Assembly: GCA_026981985.1 (NCBI GenBank)
Contig: JALSHZ010000063.1
Location: 2,069-66,068, forward strand
Reading direction: 5' to 3'
DNA length: 64,000 bases
Origin: Gammaproteobacteria bacterium
GTDB lineage: Bacteria; Pseudomonadota; Gammaproteobacteria; UWMA-0217
Part shown: positions 55,496-64,000 of the stretch, one piece after another
Position numbering within the stretch: position 1 is the first letter of the stretch
Layout: each line of letters opens with the position of its first letter
Notes under the pieces: model-generated
The model's database searches: none
The model's input: only the letters and a program-made list of their open reading frames with translations
What the model was told of the DNA's origin: nothing
Program-made: the position numbers and the translations under genes

Positions 55496-56176
55496 ATGTT
55501 TACCGGAATTATTGAATCGGTCGGCGAGATCCGTGCGGTTATGCCGCAAGGTGGCGACCAGCGCTTCGACATCGGCATCGGGAAACTGGATATGCGCGAT
55601 GTTGCACTGGGTGACAGTATCGCCGTCAATGGTGTCTGCCTGACGGTCATCGAATTCGGTCAGGACTGGTTCATGGCCGATGTGTCGAACGAGACACTGG
55701 CCTGTACCACGCTGGGAGCGCTCGCCAAGGGGGCGCGCGTCAATCTGGAAAAGGCGCTGACGCCAACCACCCGGCTCGGCGGTCATCTGGTCAGTGGTCA
55801 TGTGGACGGGGTTGGTGAGATCGTTTCATTGGCAGATGATGGCCGCTCGGTGCGGGTCATGATCCGGGCACCCGAAACCTTGCTGCGTTACATTGCCGCG
55901 AAAGGCTCGATCTGTGTTGAGGGGATCAGCCTGACGGTCAACAGCATCGAGGGCGATGTCTTCGGGCTCAATATCGTGCCGCATACCATGCAGGAAACCA
56001 ACCTCAGCAAGGCTACGGTTGGCACGCGGGTGAATCTCGAAGTGGATATCATTGCGCGCTATCTTGAACGGCTGCTGCAAGGCGGTGGCACCGAGGATGC
56101 CCATTCCGGTGCAGCTGGGGAAACGATCTCCCGGACCATGCTCGCTGCCGCCGGATTCATGGACAACAAAAGCTGA
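55496..56176 (+). CDS. ribE: Riboflavin synthase (alpha chain)
   Basis: MFTGII, GDSIAVNGVCLTV, GGHLVSGHVDG. Confidence 0.97.
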   Translation: MFTGIIESVGEIRAVMPQGGDQRFDIGIGKLDMRDVALGDSIAVNGVCLTVIEFGQDWFMADVSNETLACTTLGALAKGARVNLEKALTPTTRLGGHLVSGHVDGVGEIVSLADDGRSVRVMIRAPETLLRYIAAKGSICVEGISLTVNSIEGDVFGLNIVPHTMQETNLSKATVGTRVNLEVDIIARYLERLLQGGGTEDAHSGAAGETISRTMLAAAGFMDNKS

Positions 56177-56183
56177 GACTGCG

Positions 56184-57323
56184 ATGGCATTCAATACTGT
56201 AGAAGAAATCCTCGATGATATTCGTGCTGGCAAGATGGTCATCATTGTCGACGACGAGGATCGGGAAAACGAAGGCGATCTGTTGATGGCAGCATCGATG
56301 GTGCGGCCGGAAGATATCAATTTCATGGCGCAGTATGGCCGTGGCCTGATTTGCCTGACACTGACGCGCGAGCGTTGCCGCCAGCTGGCGCTGCCGTTGA
56401 TGGTCGACGGTGGCGCGGCCGATTCCCATGGCACCAATTTCACGGTATCAATCGAGGCTGCCGAGGGTGTGACCACCGGCATCTCAGCCTATGACCGGGC
56501 CCATACCATTCGTCAGGCGATAGCCCCCAATGCAAAGCCGGAGGATATCGTCCAGCCGGGTCATGTTTTCCCGCTGATGGCCAAGGCCGGCGGCGTTTTG
56601 ACCCGGGCAGGGCATACCGAAGCGGGATGCGATCTGGCGCGCCTCGCAGGGCTGGAGCCGGCGGCGGTCATTGTCGAGATTCTCAACGAGGACGGAACAA
56701 TGGCGCGGCGTCCCGATCTGGAGCGCTTCGCCGCGGAACATGGCTTGAAGATCGGCACCATCGAGGATCTGATCCACTATCGCGTCAAGAATGAGAAATC
56801 GGTCGAGCGCGTTGCGCAAACGCATATCACCACCGAGTACGGTGAGTTCGAGCTGGTGACCTACCAGAACCATGTTTCCGGGCATATTCATTTTGCGCTG
56901 GTGAAAGGCGATGTCAGCGCTGGTGAACCGGCGCTGGTGCGGGTGCACCTGCAGGATGCGCTGGTGGATTTTCTGTCAGTGACCGGCGAAGGCTTTGGCT
57001 GGCCACTGCATGATGCGATGCAGCGCGTCAACGAAAGTGGTTGTGGCGTGGTAGTGATTCTGCGTCACCCTGAGCCCGACAGCAGTCTGGTGCAGCGGAT
57101 CCAGCATCTCGGTGAGCGTGCCAATGCAGGGATCGAAAAGCCCAGTGATGCGCCCGAAGACGTGCGTACCTTTGGCGTTGGGGCTCAGATCCTGCTCGAC
57201 CTGGGCGTCAGAAAGATGCGCCTGCTGTCAGCGCCCAAGAAATTCCATGCGCTTGGTGGCTTCGATCTCGAAGTGGTCGATTACATCTGGGACAAATCCA
57301 GAGATAGCAGCAGCGGCGTATGA
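56184..57323 (+). CDS. ribB: DHBP synthase fused to a degenerate GTP cyclohydrolase II domain (RibBX)
   Basis: [24 protein letters not shown]; C-terminal LVRVH domain lacks the Zn-binding Cys cluster. Confidence 0.92.
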   Translation: MAFNTVEEILDDIRAGKMVIIVDDEDRENEGDLLMAASMVRPEDINFMAQYGRGLICLTLTRERCRQLALPLMVDGGAADSHGTNFTVSIEAAEGVTTGISAYDRAHTIRQAIAPNAKPEDIVQPGHVFPLMAKAGGVLTRAGHTEAGCDLARLAGLEPAAVIVEILNEDGTMARRPDLERFAAEHGLKIGTIEDLIHYRVKNEKSVERVAQTHITTEYGEFELVTYQNHVSGHIHFALVKGDVSAGEPALVRVHLQDALVDFLSVTGEGFGWPLHDAMQRVNESGCGVVVILRHPEPDSSLVQRIQHLGERANAGIEKPSDAPEDVRTFGVGAQILLDLGVRKMRLLSAPKKFHALGGFDLEVVDYIWDKSRDSSSGV

Positions 57324-57375
57324 ATACCGGCAGCAATCCGATAAAATACCGCCTTTATTCCAGACACTCGACGCA

Positions 57376-58332
57376 ATGAACCCCGATTATCTCGATTTTG
57401 AACAACCGATTGCCGAGCTTGAAGCAAAGATCAACGAGCTTCGTTACGTTGGGGATGGCAGTGGCGTCAATCTGGGTGACGAGATCGCCAAGCTGGAGGA
57501 AAAGGGGCGCAGTCTGACCGAGTCCATCTTTTCCAAGCTCACCCCGTGGCAAGTGTCGCAGCTGGCGCGTCATCCGCTACGTCCTTATACGCTGGACTAC
57601 ACTACATCGCTGTTTGCCGAGTTCCGCGAGCTGCATGGCGACCGTGCTTTCAAGGACGATCCGGCAATCGTCGCCGGAATTGCCCGGTTCAATGAGCAAA
57701 CGGTCATGCTCATTGGCCACCAGAAAGGCCGTGACACCAAGGAAAAGCTCAAGCGGAATTTTGGCATGCCGCGTCCCGAAGGGTATCGCAAGGCGCTCAG
57801 GCTGATGAAGCTGGCGGAGCGGTTTCGTATGCCCATCATTACCCTGATCGACACGCCGGGTGCCTATCCTGGTGTGGGTGCTGAAGAACGGGGGCAGAGT
57901 GAAGCCATTGCGCGCAATCTGATGGAGATGTCCGAACTGACCGTGCCAATCATCTGCATCGTGATTGGGGAAGGTGGTTCAGGCGGCGCGCTGGCGATCG
58001 GCGTCGGCGACCATGTGATGATGCTGCAATATAGCACCTATTCGGTAATCTCACCCGAAGGCTGTGCGTCGATTCTGTGGAAGAGTGCCGACAAGGCGTC
58101 CGATGCCGCCGAAGCCTTGGGGATTACCGCTGAAAAGCTGAAGGAACTGAAGCTGATCGACGAAGTGATTCCGGAACCGCTCGGTGGTGCCCACCGTGAT
58201 CTCGATGCCGTCAGCAGCGCGATGGCTACCGCCATCGATGCGGCCCTGACCCGGTTGAAAAGCTATACCAAAGATGAGCTGGTGCAGCGCCGGTATGACC
58301 GACTTATGTCCTATGGGCAGTTTACGGGCTAG
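57376..58332 (+). CDS. accA: Acetyl-CoA carboxylase carboxyltransferase alpha
   Basis: [34 protein letters not shown]. Confidence 0.98.
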   Translation: MNPDYLDFEQPIAELEAKINELRYVGDGSGVNLGDEIAKLEEKGRSLTESIFSKLTPWQVSQLARHPLRPYTLDYTTSLFAEFRELHGDRAFKDDPAIVAGIARFNEQTVMLIGHQKGRDTKEKLKRNFGMPRPEGYRKALRLMKLAERFRMPIITLIDTPGAYPGVGAEERGQSEAIARNLMEMSELTVPIICIVIGEGGSGGALAIGVGDHVMMLQYSTYSVISPEGCASILWKSADKASDAAEALGITAEKLKELKLIDEVIPEPLGGAHRDLDAVSSAMATAIDAALTRLKSYTKDELVQRRYDRLMSYGQFTG

Positions 58333-58398
58333 TTCCATCTTCGCAAGACAGCATCCCCTGATGGCTGTGCATCCATATTCATTCTGGGTTGCTCAGGT

Positions 58399-59682
58399 TT
58401 GACGCACTCACGACCATTCACAGCCGATTCTCTGTTAGCCGGTCTCCAGCGACTGGATGTCACGACAGGTTATTGTGTTGCCCTCAGTGGCGGAGCCGAT
58501 TCTGTTGCCCTGCTGATTGCCATGGCCGAACTTCGTTACCAACTGCAGAAGCCCCTGCGGGCGGTTCATGTTCATCATGGCTTGCAACAGGAAGCCGATG
58601 ACTGGGCAGCATTTTGCCGGGATATCTGTCACCAACTGAAGATTCCACTTCAGGTAATTGAAATCGACATTGAGCGGGAGTGCCGCGAGAGCCTGGAAAT
58701 GGCTGCGCGGCGTCAGCGCTACGCCGCATTGGCACAGTCGTTGCTGGCGGATGAGGTGCTGCTGACTGCACATCATCTCGATGACCAGGCTGAAACCTTT
58801 CTGTTGCACCTGCTTCGAGGCGCTGGCGTCGATGGTCTGGCTGCGATGCCCACTGTTCGGGTATTTTCCCGAGGCCTGCTGTGCAGGCCGCTGCTGGCAT
58901 GGAGCCGGGAGCAGTTGGTTGCCTATCTACGCGAGCGGGGAATCGATTGGATCGAAGATCCCTCCAATGATGATGTCAGTTTCGATCGGAACTTTATCCG
59001 TCAAACCATCATACCGATGATCGCATCGCGCTGGCCTGCGGCGGCGAAGTCCATTTCGAGGGCGGCAGGTTTGCAGGCTGAGCAACGTCAGCTCAACGAG
59101 AGCCTGGCAAGCAACGCACTTGCCAGCTGTTATGCCTTCAACACAGGCAGTCTGCAGTTAGATAGCTTGCGGTCGCTGGATGCGATAAGGAAGCGACTGG
59201 TGTTACGCAGTTGGTTGAAGCTGGGTCAGCCTCAGCTCACACTCTCCCAGGCGCACCTGGAGGCACTAGACGCCAGGCTGGCTTCTTCCACGAACTTCAG
59301 CTACCAGCTTGCGGGTGTGCAACTTCAGTCATTCTCTGGAGCGCTTTTCAAGCGTCAGACTGACGCCAATAACCCAGTATTAGCGTATTTCTGGCAGCTC
59401 GACTGTCGGCTCCATATCGAGGTGCTGGGGGTTGTCATCGAACCATCACAGATCCTGCGTCATTTTCCGGGGCTTGGGCCTGGCGATACGCTGCGTATTA
59501 CCAATCGGCGTGGGGGTGAAACGATTTACGATCCAGGCGTCGGGCACCGGCCACTGAAAAAGATGCTGCAATACTGGCGGGTGCCTCCCTGGAGGCGTGC
59601 TCAGTTGCCATTGATCTGGTATGCGGAGCAACTGATCTGCGTTCCGGGATACTGGGTGACCAGGGAGCTGGATCGGGATTGA
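58399..59682 (+). CDS. tilS: tRNA(Ile)-lysidine synthetase
   Basis: VALSGGADS, HVHHGL, TAHHLDDQAET, DPSN, RNFIR, PPWRR. Confidence 0.96.
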   Translation: MTHSRPFTADSLLAGLQRLDVTTGYCVALSGGADSVALLIAMAELRYQLQKPLRAVHVHHGLQQEADDWAAFCRDICHQLKIPLQVIEIDIERECRESLEMAARRQRYAALAQSLLADEVLLTAHHLDDQAETFLLHLLRGAGVDGLAAMPTVRVFSRGLLCRPLLAWSREQLVAYLRERGIDWIEDPSNDDVSFDRNFIRQTIIPMIASRWPAAAKSISRAAGLQAEQRQLNESLASNALASCYAFNTGSLQLDSLRSLDAIRKRLVLRSWLKLGQPQLTLSQAHLEALDARLASSTNFSYQLAGVQLQSFSGALFKRQTDANNPVLAYFWQLDCRLHIEVLGVVIEPSQILRHFPGLGPGDTLRITNRRGGETIYDPGVGHRPLKKMLQYWRVPPWRRAQLPLIWYAEQLICVPGYWVTRELDRD

Positions 59683-59923
59683 TTCAGTCATCCGATTCAG
59701 CCATACCGTTTGTCGGTTCAGGCAGGCGGTTCCAGATCGAGAACTTTCTTCTTGCACAGTTCTCAAAACGGCACGCCGATTACGGCTTCCAACTACATTC
59801 TTGAGTAGCATTCTCTTCCAGCCAGGTGCTTAGGATCCCGTGTGGTTCCCGGCATATTGAATATCGCAGGCGCTGGCCCGACAGCAAGCGGGAAGTGCCT
59901 AAACTGGAAGTTGCGACCACCCG

Positions 59924-61576
59924 ATGATCTACATCTCAGGATTCATAGTAGCCATGCTGTTGACCATGGTATTCATACCACCGGTCAAGCAGCTTGGTTA
60001 TCGTTTTGGCCTGGTGGATACGCCCAATCAGCGCAAGGTCCATTTGACCCCGATTCCCCGGATTGGCGGGGTTGCGATGATTCTGGGTGCCACAGTGCCG
60101 CTTGTGCTTTGGTTGATCATCAGCCCGGCGTTGCTGAGCTATCTGCTGGGAGCAACGCTGATCATCATTTTTGGTGTTCTCGACGATGCTTTCGATCTCG
60201 ATTTCAAACTGAAGTTTGTCGTTCAGACCGTTGCCGCACTGATTGTGGTTGTTGTTGGTAACATACAAATACACAGCTTTTCGCTGTTTGGACATCTCTT
60301 CGAACTGCCTTACTGGTTGTCCGTTGGTCTGACGGTTTTCTTTTACCTGGCAGTGGTCAATGCAGTTAACTTCGCCGATGGACTGGATGGCCTGGCAGGA
60401 GGGATTACGCTCCTCAGCCTGATCGCCCTGGCGGGTGTTGCGTATGACTCAGGCGTCAAGGATGTTTTGTTGATTTCCGTTGTGCTGGTCGGTAGCGTGA
60501 TGGGGTTTCTGCTGTTCAATAGCCACCCGGCGCAGGTATTCATGGGGGATGGTGGAAGCCAGTTTCTCGGCTTTTCACTGGCGGTCATGTCGGTCTATCT
60601 GACCCAGCGTGAGGGTGCAATGCTAAGCGCATTCACGCCGTTGCTGATCGTCGGCATGCCGCTGATCGATCTGGTCTATGTCGTGGTATCGCGGAAGGTC
60701 CGGGGTCTGTCACCGTTTCACCCCGACAAGCGGCATATTCATCATCGTCTTCTTGCACTCGGCCTGCGGCAGTATGGTGCGGTATTTGTGATCTACCTGT
60801 TGCAGTCGGGCATTATCGTATCAGCCCTCGTCTTTCGTGACAGGGGAGACACCTTTTTTCTGGCGCTGTACCTGTTCTTTCTAGGGATGATCAGCTTGCT
60901 GATCACCACCGCACTAAGATATGGCAGGCTTCCTGGCGCTAGCGCCATCAACCGGCTGATGTATGGCCCAGTGCGAAGACTGCGTGTTCTGGTGAAAAGA
61001 AAGCGGCTGCCGGGTATTGCGCAGAAGATTGCGTTGTTTTCCATGGTTGGCTATCTGGTGCTCGGGACATTGATCCTTCATGAAGTCAAGTTTGAAGTGG
61101 GAATGATTGCAGCTGGCTTATGGTCGCTGTTTTTTGTCCTCAAACCGCGCCAGGTAACGGAAAAGATGTCGGGTTGGTTTATACGCTTCGTCTACTATCT
61201 GACGGCCAGCGGCGTGTTGTTTCTGACATACACATCACCCGAGATCTTCGATGTCTATCGCCTCTGGATCAAGGTGTTTTTCTCGATATTGGCGGTCGTG
61301 ATATTCATTGCGATCGAGTCTTCCGGCGATGAGCGTCTGAAACTGCGCCCGATCGATTTTCTGGTTGTGACCACGGCGCTGATATTGCCGGGAGTCGTTG
61401 GGCTGTCAGATATCGACCAGGTTTACTGGTTTGTGGCGGCGCACCTGTTGGTGCTCTTTTATGGTGTGGAACTGGTGCTGCTGTCCTACCGTGAATCTGC
61501 GCGTGTCAATCTGATCCAGTATCTATACACGACCCCACTGCTGGTGCTGGCGGTTCGTGGCCTGTCTGGTATTTAG
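59924..61576 (+). CDS. WecA/MraY-family polyprenyl-phosphate sugar-phosphate transferase with C-terminal membrane extension
   Basis: RKVHLTPIPRIGG, GVLDD, NAVNFADGLDGLAGG, FMGDGGS, PDKRHIHH. Confidence 0.9.
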   Translation: MIYISGFIVAMLLTMVFIPPVKQLGYRFGLVDTPNQRKVHLTPIPRIGGVAMILGATVPLVLWLIISPALLSYLLGATLIIIFGVLDDAFDLDFKLKFVVQTVAALIVVVVGNIQIHSFSLFGHLFELPYWLSVGLTVFFYLAVVNAVNFADGLDGLAGGITLLSLIALAGVAYDSGVKDVLLISVVLVGSVMGFLLFNSHPAQVFMGDGGSQFLGFSLAVMSVYLTQREGAMLSAFTPLLIVGMPLIDLVYVVVSRKVRGLSPFHPDKRHIHHRLLALGLRQYGAVFVIYLLQSGIIVSALVFRDRGDTFFLALYLFFLGMISLLITTALRYGRLPGASAINRLMYGPVRRLRVLVKRKRLPGIAQKIALFSMVGYLVLGTLILHEVKFEVGMIAAGLWSLFFVLKPRQVTEKMSGWFIRFVYYLTASGVLFLTYTSPEIFDVYRLWIKVFFSILAVVIFIAIESSGDERLKLRPIDFLVVTTALILPGVVGLSDIDQVYWFVAAHLLVLFYGVELVLLSYRESARVNLIQYLYTTPLLVLAVRGLSGI

Positions 61577-61602
61577 CCAGAAAAGATTTTCAGATACCCC
61601 GG

Positions 61603-62946
61603 TTATTCGTCTGTAATATTGGCTTTGCGACAGCCATCGCTGAAGCGAATGTTAACGCATTCGCCTTGGCTTAATTCGTTGGCGTGGCTGATCACTTCAC
61701 CGTTTTCTGCTCTGGACACAATGGCATAGCCTCGTCCAAGCACATGATCCGGGTTGAGAAGGTTTAGCGCGGTACTCAAACTATCCACGTGGTGGTGGCG
61801 CCGCTTGAGTTGTTCGCGCATATGCTGCTTGAGATATGTTTTAAGTTGCAGCAATTGTTCCCGCGCCATTTTGATTTGCTGCAGCGGGCGAAGACCCGAT
61901 AGCGGACGCGCTGTTACCAGCAATTGATGGCGTGCGTTATCGAGGCGTCGAGATATGCTGTAAACCAGCCGGCGCTCCAATTCATCGAGGCGTTGCCGCT
62001 GCTGTTGCAGGCGCGTGGAAGGGCTACATTGCTCGAGCCGCCGTCGTAAATTGTCGATGGATGCCTGTTGTGCGGTTACCTTGCTCTTGATCAACGCCTT
62101 CAGCCGTGTTTCATGTGCTGCCAGCAGCTGTAGCAATCCTGCTTGTTCTGGTGTGGCAATTTCTGCAGCAGCCGACGGTGTTGGTGCACGCAGGTCAGCG
62201 ACGAAATCGGCAATGGTAAAGTCGATTTCATGTCCGACGGCGCTGATGATTGGCAAGTCGGAGGCGTGAATGGCCTTCGCCACACGTTCATCATTGAACG
62301 ACCACAGATCCTCGATCGATCCCCCGCCACGTGTAAGGATCAGTAGATCCAACTCATTTCTGCGGTTTGCTGTTTTGATGGCTGCGACAATCTGTTCGGC
62401 GGAGCCGTCGCCCTGAACCTGGACGGGATAGACGATCACGTTGGCGCGTCGATAGCGCCGCTGCAGGATCTGGAGAATGTCACGCACGGCCGCGCCGCTG
62501 GGCGATGTGACGATGCCAATGGTGTCAGGGAAGGGCGGCAGTGATTTTTTCAGCGCCTCATCGAACAGACCTGCTTTGAACAGCTTACGCTTCAGCTGTT
62601 CAAAGGCCTGTTGCAATGCGCCTTCACCAGCCGGCTCCATGCGATTGACAATCAGCTGGTAGTCACCGCGCGGTTCATACAAACTGACCCTGCCATTGAC
62701 GCGTACCCGCAAACCATTGTCAGGCTCGAAACGCAGCAACCTCCCGCGATTGCGGAACAGGGCGCAGCGGATCTGTGCCTTGTCGTCCTTGAGGGTGAAA
62801 TAGAGGTGCCCTGACGATGGTTTGGCGAGATTGCTCAGCTCTCCTTCGACCCACACATCGTCCAACTCCGCCTCAAGGATGCTGCGGGCGATACCATTGA
62901 GTTCTGAGACACTCAGCGTCTTGTCGTTTTGCGGTGAGGTTGGCAT
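61603..62946 (-). CDS. xseA: Exodeoxyribonuclease VII large subunit
   Basis: SGHLYFTLKD, RGGGSIEDLWSFN, VGHEIDFT, RAPTPSAAAE. Confidence 0.98.
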   Translation of the reverse strand: MPTSPQNDKTLSVSELNGIARSILEAELDDVWVEGELSNLAKPSSGHLYFTLKDDKAQIRCALFRNRGRLLRFEPDNGLRVRVNGRVSLYEPRGDYQLIVNRMEPAGEGALQQAFEQLKRKLFKAGLFDEALKKSLPPFPDTIGIVTSPSGAAVRDILQILQRRYRRANVIVYPVQVQGDGSAEQIVAAIKTANRRNELDLLILTRGGGSIEDLWSFNDERVAKAIHASDLPIISAVGHEIDFTIADFVADLRAPTPSAAAEIATPEQAGLLQLLAAHETRLKALIKSKVTAQQASIDNLRRRLEQCSPSTRLQQQRQRLDELERRLVYSISRRLDNARHQLLVTARPLSGLRPLQQIKMAREQLLQLKTYLKQHMREQLKRRHHHVDSLSTALNLLNPDHVLGRGYAIVSRAENGEVISHANELSQGECVNIRFSDGCRKANITDE

Positions 62947-62961
62947 AGGCTGAACTACTGC

Positions 62962-62997
62962 AACAAAAAAGCCGGCAACTTCGCCGGCTTTTTTGTT
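62962..62997 (-). terminator. Intrinsic terminator downstream of the SoxK-like gene
   Basis: AACAAAAAAGCCGGC-aacttc-GCCGGCTTTTTTGTT. Confidence 0.8.
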
Positions 62998-63015
62998 TTC
63001 TGTGGTGACTTCAAA

Positions 63016-63321
63016 TCAGAAGCGGGGGCCGGCGTTCTTCTGTTCCTCGGCCTGCTTGATGGCGAGTTCGGCTTGTTTCTGTGCCTTCTGTGCCAGTTTG
63101 ATCGCCTGTTCAGTCTTGCCTTCCGCAGCCAGCTTTTCGGCTTTCTTGATGATCTTGCCGGTATCGCGCCATGAATTGCCACTAGCTTTCTTCAGTGCTG
63201 ACTTAGCTGCTGCAATAGCGGCTGTCGCTGACGATGCGTCTGTGGTACCACCACTGCTTGCACATGCGGTACCCAAAGCGGCGAAAGCCGATATGGTCAG
63301 AGCCAGAATGAGTTTTTTCAT
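63016..63321 (-). CDS. soxK: SoxXA-binding protein (SoxK-like) lipoprotein
   Basis: Lipobox GTAC; Ala/Lys-rich helices with WRDTGK motif; C-terminal NAGPRF; GGAGG RBS. Confidence 0.7.
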   Translation of the reverse strand: MKKLILALTISAFAALGTACASSGGTTDASSATAAIAAAKSALKKASGNSWRDTGKIIKKAEKLAAEGKTEQAIKLAQKAQKQAELAIKQAEEQKNAGPRF

Positions 63322-63545
63322 AAACGGGTAATCCTCCAAAACTTGATGATATGTAGCTTGATGCGCTTGGAAATATACCCCAAACGGGAAGGATTCACCA
63401 GATGATCCAGCTAACCCGTGATGCTTGACGGATCCTGGATGAGAGCCCCCCAAACGGTAAGGTCAGCAACAATCGTCAACTGTATTCTGACTATCGAAGT
63501 ACGCTACAATGCGACCCCGATCAACCCAATCACAAGTCCAAGCTC

Positions 63546-64000
63546 ATGCGAATTATCCAGGAAGCACTCACCTTCGATGATGTTCTTCTCGTTCCTGCCC
63601 ACTCGACGGTCCTCCCCAAGGATGTCTCACTCCAGACCCGCCTGACGCGCGATATCACCTTGAATATACCGGTGATCTCAGCCGCGATGGATACCGTCAC
63701 GGAAGGGCGGCTCGCCATTGCCATTGCGCAGGAGGGTGGTATTGGCATCGTCCACAAGAACATGAGTGTGGCTGCCCAGGCGCGTGAGATCGAGAAGGTC
63801 AAGAAATTTGAAAGTGGCGTGATCAAGGAACCCTTGACGGTGTCGCCAGATCAGCCAATCCGCGATGTACTTGAAATCACCCAGGCAAACCGGATTTCGG
63901 GCTTGCCGGTGGTGGATGGTGAAGAGCTCGTCGGCATCGTTACCAGCCGTGACATGCGCTTCGAAACCCGCCTCGACGATCCTGTCCGCAATATCATGAC
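63546..64000 (+). CDS. guaB: IMP dehydrogenase, N-terminal part (3' truncated by window)
   Basis: [20 protein letters not shown]...[10 protein letters not shown]...GGIGIVHKN; divergent from xseA. Confidence 0.97.
   Translation, partial: MRIIQEALTFDDVLLVPAHSTVLPKDVSLQTRLTRDITLNIPVISAAMDTVTEGRLAIAIAQEGGIGIVHKNMSVAAQAREIEKVKKFESGVIKEPLTVSPDQPIRDVLEITQANRISGLPVVDGEELVGIVTSRDMRFETRLDDPVRNIM

Noticed and set aside
56184-57323. Degenerate GTP cyclohydrolase II domain as a novelty
   Set aside because: RibBX fusions are well known in proteobacteria
59719-59736. ops/JUMPstart-like GGCGGT upstream of the WecA-like gene
   Set aside because: Reads GGCGGTTC rather than GGCGGTAG, and no long operon follows

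Overview
Chromosomal core region of a GC-rich gammaproteobacterium, very likely a sulfur-oxidising autotroph (sat, SoxK-like lipoprotein, sulfur-globule-like protein, PPi-type PFK and H+-PPase). Most of it is housekeeping: thrS-infC-rpmI-rplT-pheST-ihfA-merR-tRNA-Pro; proS; rsgA/orn; hemC; pqiAABC; rpsB-tsf-pyrH-frr-uppS-cdsA-dxr-rseP-bamA-skp-lpxD-fabZ-lpxA; glyA-nrdR-ribD-ribE-ribBX; accA-tilS; xseA/guaB. I see no prophage, transposase, CRISPR array or defence system. The main candidates for something new are: (1) three copies of a 121-bp ERIC-like palindromic element whose arms differ in sequence yet keep pairing, each with an extra terminal motif, one with a nested hairpin; (2) a pyrophosphate-economy cluster (K+-independent hppA, CBS protein, PPi-PFK, sat); (3) a structured leader with a terminator just before hppA, a candidate riboswitch or attenuator; (4) an expanded rpsB leader; (5) an AT-rich alginate-lyase-like lipoprotein islet at tRNA-Arg; (6) a proteasome-like Ntn hydrolase with N-terminal Ser inside the rib operon. 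All calls come from reading the sequence by eye; no searches or folding were run.
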